DNA from: Bacteroidales bacterium
GTDB taxonomy: Bacteria > Bacteroidota > Bacteroidia > Bacteroidales > UBA932
Length of the DNA: 64,000 nt
Direction of reading: 5' to 3'
Assembly: GCA_028708215.1 (NCBI GenBank)
Contig: JAQVZL010000002.1
Location: forward strand, 1,605 to 65,604
This document shows, in pieces, positions 36,016 through 46,118 of this stretch. How positions within the stretch are numbered: position 1 is the first letter of the stretch; every line of letters starts with the position of its first letter. A program made the translations under genes and the position numbers. The notes under the pieces were generated by a model. The model saw only the letters and a program-made list of their open reading frames with translations, did no database searches and had not been told where the DNA came from.

Positions 36016-37764
36016 TTACTTGTAGCTTTTCTTCTGATGGTGTTTTTTAAACTCCTTTACTGCTGCTTTTTGTGCAATTTCGGTTGCTTTTGCCATGGCC
36101 AATTGAATATGAGGGTAGATATACTCTCTACCTATCTCATTTACAAACCCTGCCTTTTGCATAGAGTTATATACATTGTCTGTTACACCAGATAATATAA
36201 TTTGAACATGTTCTATTTTAGATCTTTTCCAAAGGTTCCTCAAGTTATTCATACCAGTTGAGTCTATAAAAGGAACTTTTCTCATTCGAATTATTCTCAC
36301 TTTAACAGAATGGTGTGTAGAGGAGTTTATCTCATCTAGTTTGTTAGCTAGACCAAAGAAGAAAGGGCCATCTATTTCATAAATCTCTACACCTTTTGGA
36401 ATAGTTATCATATCTACATCGTAAGACAGCTCCTCCAACTCACTTCCAGCAATTGATTTTTCATCTATAACTTTTATACTAGATGTTTCAGAAACACGAG
36501 TAACAAATAGAGCAACAGCTAGTAGAATTCCCACCTCTATTGCTACAGTTAAATCTATTACTACAGTAAGGAAGAAGGTTATAAGAAGAACAGCAACATC
36601 GGCTTTATGACCTTTTAGCAGATATTTAAATGTTCTCCACTCACTCATATTGTAAGCAACAATAATAAGAATAGCAGCAAGAGTTGCAAGTGGAATATAG
36701 ACAGCATAGGGCATTAAGAATAGAAATATAAGAAGTAGCACAACACCATGAATAATACCTGCTACAGGAGTTTTACCTCCATTGTTAATGTTTGCCATTG
36801 TTCTGGCTAAAGCCCCTGTAGATGGTATTCCACCAAAAAATGGAGTTATAATATTTGTAATTCCTTGACCAATAAGCTCTGTGTTTGAATCATGTTTTTT
36901 ACCTGTAACACCGTCGGCAACCATTGCTGCCAAAAGAGATTCAATAGCACAAAGAATAGCAATAGTAATAGCTGGTTGGAATAGTAGTCTCACAGTTGCA
37001 AAGTCTATTTTAGGTATTTGAGGCTTAGGCATAGATATACCTTGTGCCAACTCAGGAAATTTTGTTCCAATTGTAGAGAATTCAATTCCTGTACTATTTG
37101 TAATAAGTAATGCCCCAAAAGTTCCAACTATTATAGAGATAAGAGAGCCTGGAATTTTTTTATAAAATAGTGGCCATATAATAATAATTAATAGCGAGAA
37201 AACAGCAAGTAAGGTCTCATATATATTTATAGTTGAAATGTTTGCAAAATAAGCACCCCATTTTGGAATAAAATCGGCAGGAACGTTTTCTATTGTAAGC
37301 CCTAAGAAATCTTTTATTTGAGTAGAGAAAATTACAACAGCAATACCACTTGTAAATCCAACAACTATAGGGTAGGGAATAAATTTAATAATATTACCAA
37401 GTTTGAATAACCCCATAAGCAGCAATAAAATACCAGCCAAAACTGTAGCTACAACTAAGCCAGAGAAGCCAAACTCTTGAACAATACCAAATATTATCAC
37501 TATAAAGGCACCTGTAGGGCCTCCAATAAGAAATCTAGACCCACCTAGCACAGAGGTGAGAACACCCGCTATAATTGCCGTTATAAGGCCTTGTTGAGGT
37601 GTTACACCAGATGCTATACCAAACGCAATAGCCAATGGGAGAGCAATAATTCCTACAATTACTCCAGCAATAATGTCTGAGAAGAGTGTTTTTTTGCTAT
37701 AAGTACCATTGAATAAGATCTCAAACAGCTTTGGTTTATAAGCTGAACTCAGATTAAATTTCAT
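36016..37764 (-). CDS. SulP family inorganic anion (sulfate/bicarbonate-type) transporter with a C-terminal STAS domain
   Basis: 582 aa, polytopic. N-terminal DIIAGVIVGIIALPLAIAFGIASG, and a C-terminal soluble STAS-like segment (VRIIRMRKVPFIDSTGMNNL). Confidence 0.85.
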   Translation of the reverse strand: MKFNLSSAYKPKLFEILFNGTYSKKTLFSDIIAGVIVGIIALPLAIAFGIASGVTPQQGLITAIIAGVLTSVLGGSRFLIGGPTGAFIVIIFGIVQEFGFSGLVVATVLAGILLLLMGLFKLGNIIKFIPYPIVVGFTSGIAVVIFSTQIKDFLGLTIENVPADFIPKWGAYFANISTINIYETLLAVFSLLIIIIWPLFYKKIPGSLISIIVGTFGALLITNSTGIEFSTIGTKFPELAQGISMPKPQIPKIDFATVRLLFQPAITIAILCAIESLLAAMVADGVTGKKHDSNTELIGQGITNIITPFFGGIPSTGALARTMANINNGGKTPVAGIIHGVVLLLIFLFLMPYAVYIPLATLAAILIIVAYNMSEWRTFKYLLKGHKADVAVLLITFFLTVVIDLTVAIEVGILLAVALFVTRVSETSSIKVIDEKSIAGSELEELSYDVDMITIPKGVEIYEIDGPFFFGLANKLDEINSSTHHSVKVRIIRMRKVPFIDSTGMNNLRNLWKRSKIEHVQIILSGVTDNVYNSMQKAGFVNEIGREYIYPHIQLAMAKATEIAQKAAVKEFKKHHQKKSYK

Positions 37765-37820
37765 ATTACCGCCTTATTTAAGTGAAGCTGCAAATATAGC
37801 AATTTATCTTGTCTAATCAA

Positions 37821-39095
37821 CTAAAAAAGAGACTCTGCGCTCTCAATTATATGAGCAGTATCTTCCTTGTTATCAAGAATTAAATTTGGCTGTAAATAGT
37901 TGAGTTTAAACTCAGATTTAAATAACTTTTCGCCTCCTCCAGTAATGTTGAGCATTATTATAGCATCTCTATCAACTTTTCCTGAGTCTATAGATTTAAT
38001 CATTCCAGCAAGAGCCACTCCAGAAGCTGGATGGATATCTACTCCCTCTAGCTTTTCAAAAAGAGCACATGCCTCTTGCAGCTCCTTATTACCAACTATC
38101 TCTACATCGCCATTAGAATCGGTTAATGCATCATAAAGCCCACCAGCTAAACCATATGGAGGCCTTCTGTTAGAGAGTACTTTTGCATCAATTTTCAAAG
38201 CATTCTCTCTAGCCTCATCTTCATTAGGAAAAATTATCTCTCTTCTACTTGCTTTCCATGAATCATAAATAGGAGTGAATGGTATATTTTGAGATGGTAT
38301 AAGTTTCATTTTGGTATCTCCGTAGCTACCATCTTCTATTAATCTAAGATTTGCTTCCCAAGCTGCAATAGCGCCAGTACCACTTCCTATTGCTTGAAAA
38401 TAATAATCTGGAATTCTACCAATGGTAGTTGCTGCAGAGAGAACAGTTGTTCCCATACCATCTCTTCTAGCAACATTTTTTGCACCTCCCTCTTCAAAGA
38501 AAAGAGCAGAACTACAAATTTTATTTGAGAGATCAATAGCATCGAAATAGTCTGTTCCAGTTGGAGTACAAATAAGCTTCACATTGCTATTTATTTCTTG
38601 ATTAAACCATAATGCATCTAAATTATCATAAGGGATAACAAGAAGTAGTGGAATATTATTATCTGAACAAACCTTAGCAAAAGCTCTAGCTGTATTACCT
38701 GCAGATGCCACAACCATAACTCCACTATTATCTTCTGAAAGCCTTGCACAAACTGAGTAAGCCTCAGTCTCTTTAAATGAGCAAGTTGTCATTTTAGCTC
38801 CAATTTTTGGCCAATAACCACTAAAGCTAATATAAAGATTAGAAAGGCCTAGATGAGCAGCTAGTTTTTCACTCTTATATGTTTGAGTAGAACTAGAGTT
38901 CTGGAGCATTTTATTGATTGGTAACCAATCACTAAACTTATATATACCAAGAGAATCATCTCTTACAGTGAGCTTTTTATTTTCATAAATTGCTCTTATT
39001 AAAGCAGGTTTGTCGTATGTAGGATCTGAAAGAGTCCAACCTTTATCTTCAAATACTTTTCCAGTAGCAAAGTTTTTTAACTTATAGTTAGTCAT
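37821..39095 (-). CDS. Threonine-synthase-like PLP enzyme, best fit cysteate synthase (O-phospho-L-serine + sulfite -> L-cysteate)
   Basis: 424 aa. PLP-lysine motif TCSFKETEA, ASAGNTARAF, GGAKNVARRDGMGT, YFQAIGSGTG and NRRPPYGLAGGLYDAL resemble the archaeal and Bacteroidota cysteate synthase family as I recall it. The protein is unlike canonical ThrC N-termini. Confidence 0.55.
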   Translation of the reverse strand: MTNYKLKNFATGKVFEDKGWTLSDPTYDKPALIRAIYENKKLTVRDDSLGIYKFSDWLPINKMLQNSSSTQTYKSEKLAAHLGLSNLYISFSGYWPKIGAKMTTCSFKETEAYSVCARLSEDNSGVMVVASAGNTARAFAKVCSDNNIPLLLVIPYDNLDALWFNQEINSNVKLICTPTGTDYFDAIDLSNKICSSALFFEEGGAKNVARRDGMGTTVLSAATTIGRIPDYYFQAIGSGTGAIAAWEANLRLIEDGSYGDTKMKLIPSQNIPFTPIYDSWKASRREIIFPNEDEARENALKIDAKVLSNRRPPYGLAGGLYDALTDSNGDVEIVGNKELQEACALFEKLEGVDIHPASGVALAGMIKSIDSGKVDRDAIIMLNITGGGEKLFKSEFKLNYLQPNLILDNKEDTAHIIESAESLF

Positions 39096-39140
39096 GAGTT
39101 TATCTCTTTTTAATTAAATCTTTTATTAAGGGTTATATAT

Positions 39141-39980
39141 TTAAAAATTTGTACTATTTCTATAGCTCCACCAATACCATGTGCCAACAAAAAAACCACC
39201 CCCAACCAAATTTCCAATTGTCACAGGAATAAGATTTTTAATAAACATTCCATATAAGGAGAGGTTTGAAAGAGCTTCATTTGTAATATTAAAATGAGAC
39301 TGAGCCAATAAAACAAAATTACTATCTAAAGCTGCCAGCATGGCAGCAGATATGTAATACATATTTGCTACACTATGTTCATATCCAGATGCTATAAAAA
39401 GCCATATTGGAAAAAAAATCACTAAAACCTTACCCGAAATATCTTTAGCTGCGTAAGACATCCATACAGCCAAACATACTAGTATATTACAAAGAATTCC
39501 AGAGGTAAATAAATTTAAGAAAGAGAGGTTAGTTTTAACAACTCCAACTTTAATTGTATATGCACCAAGCAGTCCTGAAGTATACTCTAAGTGACCTGAG
39601 TAAAAAATTAGTAATGAAATGAATATAGAGCCTACTAAATTACCTAGCCAAACTATAGAAAGGTTGGTAAAGTATTTTTTTAGAGAGACTTTTTTAGAGA
39701 GAACAGCAACAGAAATTAAATTATTTCCTGTAAAAAGTTCTGCTCCAGCAATTACAACAAAAACAAGACCTGCTGGAAATATTAAACCTGCTAAATATTT
39801 CGCTAGTCCAATATCATCTATATTGTGCGCAATAATATTACTTCCAACAGCAGCTAGAGCTATAAATAGACCTGCTAAAAAAGAGAGGAGTATAGTGCTT
39901 TTAATAGGTAGTTTAGCCTTTTTAACTCCACTCTCTTTAGTATAATCCAAAACTTGGGCCGATGTTAAGAAGTTGCTCAT
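39141..39980 (-). CDS. Formate/nitrite transporter (FNT) family anion channel
   Basis: 279 aa, six TM helices. AELFTGNN and GYEHSVANMY signature motifs. Confidence 0.85.
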   Translation of the reverse strand: MSNFLTSAQVLDYTKESGVKKAKLPIKSTILLSFLAGLFIALAAVGSNIIAHNIDDIGLAKYLAGLIFPAGLVFVVIAGAELFTGNNLISVAVLSKKVSLKKYFTNLSIVWLGNLVGSIFISLLIFYSGHLEYTSGLLGAYTIKVGVVKTNLSFLNLFTSGILCNILVCLAVWMSYAAKDISGKVLVIFFPIWLFIASGYEHSVANMYYISAAMLAALDSNFVLLAQSHFNITNEALSNLSLYGMFIKNLIPVTIGNLVGGGFFVGTWYWWSYRNSTNF

Positions 39981-40017
39981 AGTTTAAGTTATGATATATT
40001 TCACAAATATAATGAAA

Positions 40018-43000
40018 TTAAAGCGATGTGTATTCGTCCCAACTTTTTATTTGAATATCCTCAATTTTAAGAGAACAGAATGCAAAAATAAATGCAGAAG
40101 CCAATCTAGCGTTAGTTATTAGTGGTATATTATAATCGATTGAAGCGCGTCTTATTTTATATCCATTCTCTAACTCTACTTGAGTAAGGTTTTTTGGAAT
40201 ATTAATAACTAAATCTATCTCTTTGTTTTGAAGCATCTTAAGAGCTTGCGGGCTCTTCTCTCCCTCGCTTGGCCAATATACTGGAGAAGCATCTATATTA
40301 TTCTCTATTAAATATCTATGAGACCCTCCAGTTGCGAATAGTTTGTATCCATTTTCAATTAAGAGTTTAGATGCAGTTAATAAATCGGCCTTCTGTTTAG
40401 CACTTCCAGATGATATAAGAATATTCTTCTTAGGTATTTTATAACCCACAGAGAGCATAGCCTTTAGAATAGCCTCATTAGAGTCATCACCAATGCACCC
40501 AACCTCACCAGTAGAAGCCATATCTACCCCAAGAACAGGGTCGGCCTTTTGAAGTCTAGAAAAAGAGAACTGAGAAGCCTTAATACCTACATACTCTAAA
40601 TCAAATGCATTTTTTGCGGGCACAACAAACTCTACTCCAATCATTGCTTTAGCTGCTAGCTCAATAAGGTTAATCTTTAGAACTTTAGAGACAAAAGGAA
40701 AACTTCTAGAAGCTCTTAAATTGCACTCAATAACTTTGATGTCATTCTCTTTTGCAAGGAATTGGATATTAAAAGGGCCAGTAATATTCAGCTCTTTAAC
40801 AATTTTTCTAGCTATTTTCTTAATTCGTCTGGCAGTCTCTACATAGAGTTTTTGAGGAGGAAACTGTATAGTAGCATCTCCTGAGTGGACTCCAGCAAAC
40901 TCTATATGCTCAGAGATAGCATATGCTACCATTTCACCCTTATTAGCTACAGCATCTAATTCAATTTCTTTAGCATTTTCTATAAATTCCGATACTACAA
41001 CTGGGTGTTTTTTAGAGACATTGGCAGCTAACTTCAAGAATTGCTCTAACTCACTATAATTAGAGCAAACATTCATAGCAGCTCCAGAGAGAACATAAGA
41101 CGGACGCACTAAAACTGGGTATCCAACTACATCTACAAAGTCTGAAACATCTTTCAAAGAGGTGAGCTCTTTCCATTTTGGCTGATCAATTTTAAGAGTG
41201 TCTAACATTGAAGAGAATTTATGCCTATCCTCTGCATTATCAATGCTTTTAGCACTCGTACCTAGCAATTTAACCCCAGATCTATCCATTCTAAGAGCTA
41301 AATTATTAGGTATTTGACCACCAACAGAGACAATAACCCCATTAGGGTTTTCAAGCTCGTAAATATCCATAACACGTTCATAAGTGAGCTCGTCAAAATA
41401 GAGTCTATCGCACATATCGTAATCTGTAGAGACAGTTTCTGGATTATAGTTAATCATAACACCTCTATAACCACAATCTCTAATTGTTTGAAGAGCGTTA
41501 ACAGAACACCAGTCAAATTCAACCGAACTACCAATCCTATATGCACCAGACCCAAGCACTATAACAGACTTATTATCACCTAAATACTTTACGTCATTGT
41601 AAGTTCCATTATAAGTAAGATAGAGATAGTTGGTTTGTGCTGGATATTCAGCTGCAAGCGTATCTATTTGTTTAACTACAGGGAGTATTCCTCTCTCTTT
41701 TCTATATAATCTAATATATTCCGATGTTATATCTGGGTCTATTTTATCTTTATAGATAAGCCTTGCAATCTGAAAATCTGAAAAACCTTGTTTTTTAGCT
41801 TTTAACAGAAGAGTATCATTAAGAGCTTTTTTATCATTAATCTTAGATAACTCCTTAGAAGTGTGAACTATAGTAAGAAGCTTCTCTAAAAACCACTTAT
41901 CAATTTTGGTTAATTCATGAATTTGATCTACACTGTAGCCCTTTTGGAATGCCTTAGAAATGACAAAAATACGATTGTCTGTAGGCTCTCTTAGAGATTT
42001 GTCTATATCTTTTACATGAATCTCTTTATTTGCAACAAAACCGTGTGCACCTTGGCCAATCATTCGTAAACCCTTCTGAATAGCCTCTTCAAAGCTTCTG
42101 CCAATAGACATAACCTCTCCAACACTCTTCATACTTGAGCCAATTTCTCTAGAGACACCTTGAAACTTAGAAAGATCCCATCTAGGAATTTTACATACAA
42201 TATAGTCCAGCGCAGGTTCAAAGAAAGCAGATGTAGTTTTTGTTACAGAGTTCTTTAACTCAAATAGGCCATAGCCTAAACCCAATTTAGCAGCAACAAA
42301 TGCTAAGGGGTAACCAGTTGCTTTTGAAGCTAATGCCGATGATCTACTCAAGCGAGCATTTACCTCAATTACTTTATAGTTTTCAGATTTAGGGTCAAAT
42401 GCATACTGTACATTACACTCCCCAACAACACCTAGGTGTCTTACAATTTTTATTGAAAGCTCTCTTAAAAGGTGAAACTCCTTGTTAGTTAGAGTTTGTG
42501 AAGGTGCAACTACAATACTCTCTCCTGTATGAATCCCGAGTGGGTCAAAGTTTTCCATATTACAAACAGTAATACAGTTGTCATATTTATCCCTAACAAC
42601 TTCGTACTCTATCTCTTTCCACCCTTTTAATGATTTCTCTATTAAAACTTGAGATGAATAAGAAAAAGCTTTCTCTGACAGCTGTATAAGCTCTGTCTCA
42701 TTATCACAGAAACCACTTCCCAAACCACCTAAAGCATAGGCAGCACGTAATATTATTGGGTAGCCAAGATCTTTAGCAGCCTTTTTTGCATCTTCTATAG
42801 TTTCTACAGCATGACTTTTAATAGTCTCTACATTTATTTGATCTAATTTGTTAACAAACAGTTCTCTATCTTCTGTGTCCATAATTGCCTGGACAGGAGT
42901 ACCTAATACTTTTAGATTATATTTTTCAAAAACTCCATTTTTATATAGCTCTACACCACAATTTAGTGCAGTCTGCCCACCAAAAGCTAGAAGTACTCCT

Positions 43001-43251
43001 TGGGGCTTCTCTTTCTTAATAACTTCTTCTACAAAGTAGGGAGTTACAGGTAAGAAATATATTTTATCTGCTACTCCTTCAGATGTTTGAACAGTGGCAA
43101 TGTTTGGGTTAATAAGTACAGTCTCTATTCCCTCTTCTTTCATTGCTTTAAGAGCCTGAGAACCAGAATAGTCAAACTCTCCAGCCTCTCCAATTTTAAG
43201 AGCTCCAGAACCCAGTAGAAGTATTTTATTTATTTTTTTATCCATTTTCAA
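40018..43251 (-). CDS. carB: Carbamoyl-phosphate synthase, large subunit
   Basis: 1077 aa with duplicated ATP-grasp halves. N-terminus ILLLGSGALKIGEAGEFDYSGSQA, and a second copy VIVLGSGAYRIGSSVEFDW. Confidence 0.95.
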   Translation of the reverse strand: MKMDKKINKILLLGSGALKIGEAGEFDYSGSQALKAMKEEGIETVLINPNIATVQTSEGVADKIYFLPVTPYFVEEVIKKEKPQGVLLAFGGQTALNCGVELYKNGVFEKYNLKVLGTPVQAIMDTEDRELFVNKLDQINVETIKSHAVETIEDAKKAAKDLGYPIILRAAYALGGLGSGFCDNETELIQLSEKAFSYSSQVLIEKSLKGWKEIEYEVVRDKYDNCITVCNMENFDPLGIHTGESIVVAPSQTLTNKEFHLLRELSIKIVRHLGVVGECNVQYAFDPKSENYKVIEVNARLSRSSALASKATGYPLAFVAAKLGLGYGLFELKNSVTKTTSAFFEPALDYIVCKIPRWDLSKFQGVSREIGSSMKSVGEVMSIGRSFEEAIQKGLRMIGQGAHGFVANKEIHVKDIDKSLREPTDNRIFVISKAFQKGYSVDQIHELTKIDKWFLEKLLTIVHTSKELSKINDKKALNDTLLLKAKKQGFSDFQIARLIYKDKIDPDITSEYIRLYRKERGILPVVKQIDTLAAEYPAQTNYLYLTYNGTYNDVKYLGDNKSVIVLGSGAYRIGSSVEFDWCSVNALQTIRDCGYRGVMINYNPETVSTDYDMCDRLYFDELTYERVMDIYELENPNGVIVSVGGQIPNNLALRMDRSGVKLLGTSAKSIDNAEDRHKFSSMLDTLKIDQPKWKELTSLKDVSDFVDVVGYPVLVRPSYVLSGAAMNVCSNYSELEQFLKLAANVSKKHPVVVSEFIENAKEIELDAVANKGEMVAYAISEHIEFAGVHSGDATIQFPPQKLYVETARRIKKIARKIVKELNITGPFNIQFLAKENDIKVIECNLRASRSFPFVSKVLKINLIELAAKAMIGVEFVVPAKNAFDLEYVGIKASQFSFSRLQKADPVLGVDMASTGEVGCIGDDSNEAILKAMLSVGYKIPKKNILISSGSAKQKADLLTASKLLIENGYKLFATGGSHRYLIENNIDASPVYWPSEGEKSPQALKMLQNKEIDLVINIPKNLTQVELENGYKIRRASIDYNIPLITNARLASAFIFAFCSLKIEDIQIKSWDEYTSL

Positions 43252-43254
43252 AGT

Positions 43255-44331
43255 TTAAAGAAGGTTAACAAAATTATCAAATAAAAACTCGGTATCGGTA
43301 GGGCCTCCACACGCTTCTGGGTGAAACTGGCAAGAGAAAAAAGGCTTAGATTTATGCTTTATACCCTCGTTGGTACCATCATTCATATTTATAAAGAGTG
43401 GCTCCCAATCTGCACTTAAGGTGCTGTTATCTACTGCATATCCGTGATTTTGCGCAGTTATAAAGCATCTATTTGTTCCCGCCATTATAACTGGTTGGTT
43501 ATGACTCCTATGACCATACTTTAGTTTGTAAGTAGTTGCACCACCTGCTTTAGATAAAAGTTGATTTCCTAAACAGATTCCAAAAATTGGCTTTGGAAAT
43601 TTGGCTTCAATAGCCTTTTTAATATTTTTAATAGTTATATCACAAAAGTCTGGATTACCTGGGCCATTAGATAAAAAGAGTCCATCATACTCTATTGTGT
43701 TAAAATTGTAATCCCACGGAACTCTAATTACCTCTACACCTCTATTAATCAAGCATCTTATAATATTGTGTTTTACTCCACAATCTACAACTACTACTCT
43801 CTTTCTACCATTTCCATATTTAATTACCTCTTTACAACTAACAACTGCAACTTGATTTACAATATTGGGGTTCTCTTCTGTTTCAAGCACCCTGTTTTCT
43901 GGTATAATTTTCCCAAGCATTGAGCCCTTTTCACGGAGTATCTTTGTTATTTCTCTAGTATCAACTCCAAATATACCTGGGACTTTATTCTCTTTTAGCC
44001 ATTCATGTAAGCTTTTAACAGCATTCCAGTGGCTATATTTAAAAGAGTAATCACTAATAATTAATCCCTTAACATGAATTTTTTCAGATTCAAAATATTT
44101 TGAAAGATTATCTTTAAACTCATCTGAGGGAACACCATAATTACCAACTAATGGAAAGGTAACACACAAAATTTGTCCAGATGAAGATGGATCTGTAAGA
44201 GACTCTGGATAACCTACCATAGCAGTAGAAAAAACGACCTCACCACTAACGGCTTGGTCGTATCCAAATGAGAGTCCATTAAATTCTACACCATTTTCAA
44301 GATGTAGTGTAGTGGGTTTGTTTTCGAACAT
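43255..44331 (-). CDS. carA: Carbamoyl-phosphate synthase, small (glutamine amidotransferase) subunit
   Basis: 358 aa. VFSTAMVGYPESLTDPS, the GATase triad region GICLGNQLL, and FSCQFHPE. Confidence 0.95.
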   Translation of the reverse strand: MFENKPTTLHLENGVEFNGLSFGYDQAVSGEVVFSTAMVGYPESLTDPSSSGQILCVTFPLVGNYGVPSDEFKDNLSKYFESEKIHVKGLIISDYSFKYSHWNAVKSLHEWLKENKVPGIFGVDTREITKILREKGSMLGKIIPENRVLETEENPNIVNQVAVVSCKEVIKYGNGRKRVVVVDCGVKHNIIRCLINRGVEVIRVPWDYNFNTIEYDGLFLSNGPGNPDFCDITIKNIKKAIEAKFPKPIFGICLGNQLLSKAGGATTYKLKYGHRSHNQPVIMAGTNRCFITAQNHGYAVDNSTLSADWEPLFINMNDGTNEGIKHKSKPFFSCQFHPEACGGPTDTEFLFDNFVNLL

Positions 44332-44419
44332 TCTTCTTATTCTATTTAGAAATTAAGTAAACTGGGCAAAGTTAAATAAAAATAATTGAACGTTACTTTA
44401 TAATTAACATTTAATAGTA

Positions 44420-46024
44420 TTACATACTTCTAGCAAAAATGGACCAGAGTTTAGCTTTTAGCTCTTTCCATCTTTGCATTGTCATAGAAGCAAAATCGTG
44501 AGTATGACTAGTTAGTAATGCTTTGGCCTCATCATTTTTGCCAGCTTCTATTAATTGCGTTGCTCTACTTTCAATAGCTGGGGCCATTTCAAACATTTTA
44601 TCTTCGAAACTCATTATTTCTGGCTCTAGTATAGAGCGAGTTTTATTCCAATCTATTGTAGCAATACGGTTAGTTTCACGAAATGCCCATATAGCAGCAT
44701 CTTCTCTGTAACGGTGTTGACCACATACAGCAAAAGACTCTGGGAGAGAAATAGTACCTGCATAAATTGGCATTCTAGGGCTTTGAGCTGGGTTATCAAA
44801 AGAGAACCAAGCAACTCCTCCAACCTCGTCTGGTAGCCAATCTCTAAGCTGCATTATTTGTGAATAGGAGCACTGAATAACTGCAATTCCTCTAACTCTT
44901 TCTGTTACATTAGGTTTTAAGTGATTAAGTAGAGCTCTTATATCATTATTCATAAAGTTTGATATAGGCTTTACTTTCTCTTGATAAGTTGTTCCTTCGG
45001 CTCTGTTTCTACGTGTAACTTCAACTTCTAAATTTTTTGTTTGATCCCATTCTGTACCTTCATAAGTTTCTCTATAAAAAGCCATTACATCTCTAACAGA
45101 GATTTTCTTATCTGGCTTAACAGAAAATGGTAGCTCTTCTTGGTCATAAGATAAGTTTAGCGATGGGGCCATATTGCTCAGTACAAAAAACTCTCTTATA
45201 GAGAAAGGCTTTTTGTTATTGTTTATTTTCCAGAATACAAAATCTTCTTTTCCATCCCAATAACCAAGCTCTTTACACCTCTCTTTAATATTAGTACTAT
45301 AGAGAAACTCTTCACTATTAAAATCTACTTTAGAGATTCTAGGAATATTTGCAGAGATTGCAACATGGTTATCTGGAACTCTTTGTGCTACCCATATAGC
45401 ACTGGGCTCTCCTGGTCCAGATCCAAAAATCTCAATTTGCCAGATTTCGTTTTTATCTGCAATTGTAAGACATTCGCCAGAGTCTCCGTAGCCATACTCT
45501 TCTGCTAATTTTCCTATTAAAAGTACAGCATCTTTAGCGGTAGAGCATCTCTGTAGAGCAACTCTTTGAAGTTCTTCTATTAAAAAAAAGCCCTCTTTAT
45601 TTACCAACTCTGGCCTTCCTACAATTGTAGTCTCTCCAATTGCAAGCTGCTTTTCATTCATACATGGGTATGCAGTATTAAGGTAGGCAAAAGTCTCTTC
45701 TACAGCAGGGATTCTCCCTTTTTCAACTACGTTTCTTAAATCCCAAGGCTCTTCTGTATGTAGTGCTCCCCAAAACACTCCTTCACTCTCTCCAGCAGAG
45801 TAGGTTTTACGACCAACAATTTCTAGCCAGGTTCTATAGTTTGAATCGCAGGTATGTGCTGTCATAACAGACCCATCTGTGCTAGCTTGTTTGCCAACCA
45901 TTATTGAGGTACAGCTCTCAGAAAAATCTGAATCATCGGGGTCGTACGCAAGAGGAGCCTGCGCCAAAGCAAAGTTAAGGGTAAATACCAATAATGCTGC
46001 CGAGAGAATACTTTTGAACTTCAT
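44420..46024 (-). CDS. Secreted peptidase family C69 dipeptidase
   Basis: 534 aa. A signal peptide, then CTSIMVGKQASTDGSVMTAHTCD, the Ntn-type nucleophilic Cys context typical of C69. Confidence 0.8.
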   Translation of the reverse strand: MKFKSILSAALLVFTLNFALAQAPLAYDPDDSDFSESCTSIMVGKQASTDGSVMTAHTCDSNYRTWLEIVGRKTYSAGESEGVFWGALHTEEPWDLRNVVEKGRIPAVEETFAYLNTAYPCMNEKQLAIGETTIVGRPELVNKEGFFLIEELQRVALQRCSTAKDAVLLIGKLAEEYGYGDSGECLTIADKNEIWQIEIFGSGPGEPSAIWVAQRVPDNHVAISANIPRISKVDFNSEEFLYSTNIKERCKELGYWDGKEDFVFWKINNNKKPFSIREFFVLSNMAPSLNLSYDQEELPFSVKPDKKISVRDVMAFYRETYEGTEWDQTKNLEVEVTRRNRAEGTTYQEKVKPISNFMNNDIRALLNHLKPNVTERVRGIAVIQCSYSQIMQLRDWLPDEVGGVAWFSFDNPAQSPRMPIYAGTISLPESFAVCGQHRYREDAAIWAFRETNRIATIDWNKTRSILEPEIMSFEDKMFEMAPAIESRATQLIEAGKNDEAKALLTSHTHDFASMTMQRWKELKAKLWSIFARSM

Positions 46025-46118
46025 AATTTGGAATAAAATTTAGTTAATAAAATTGAATAGAGACAAAAATAGAAAAAAGTAAAGTATATTTACAATTATA
46101 TAGATAAAACTAATTGAA

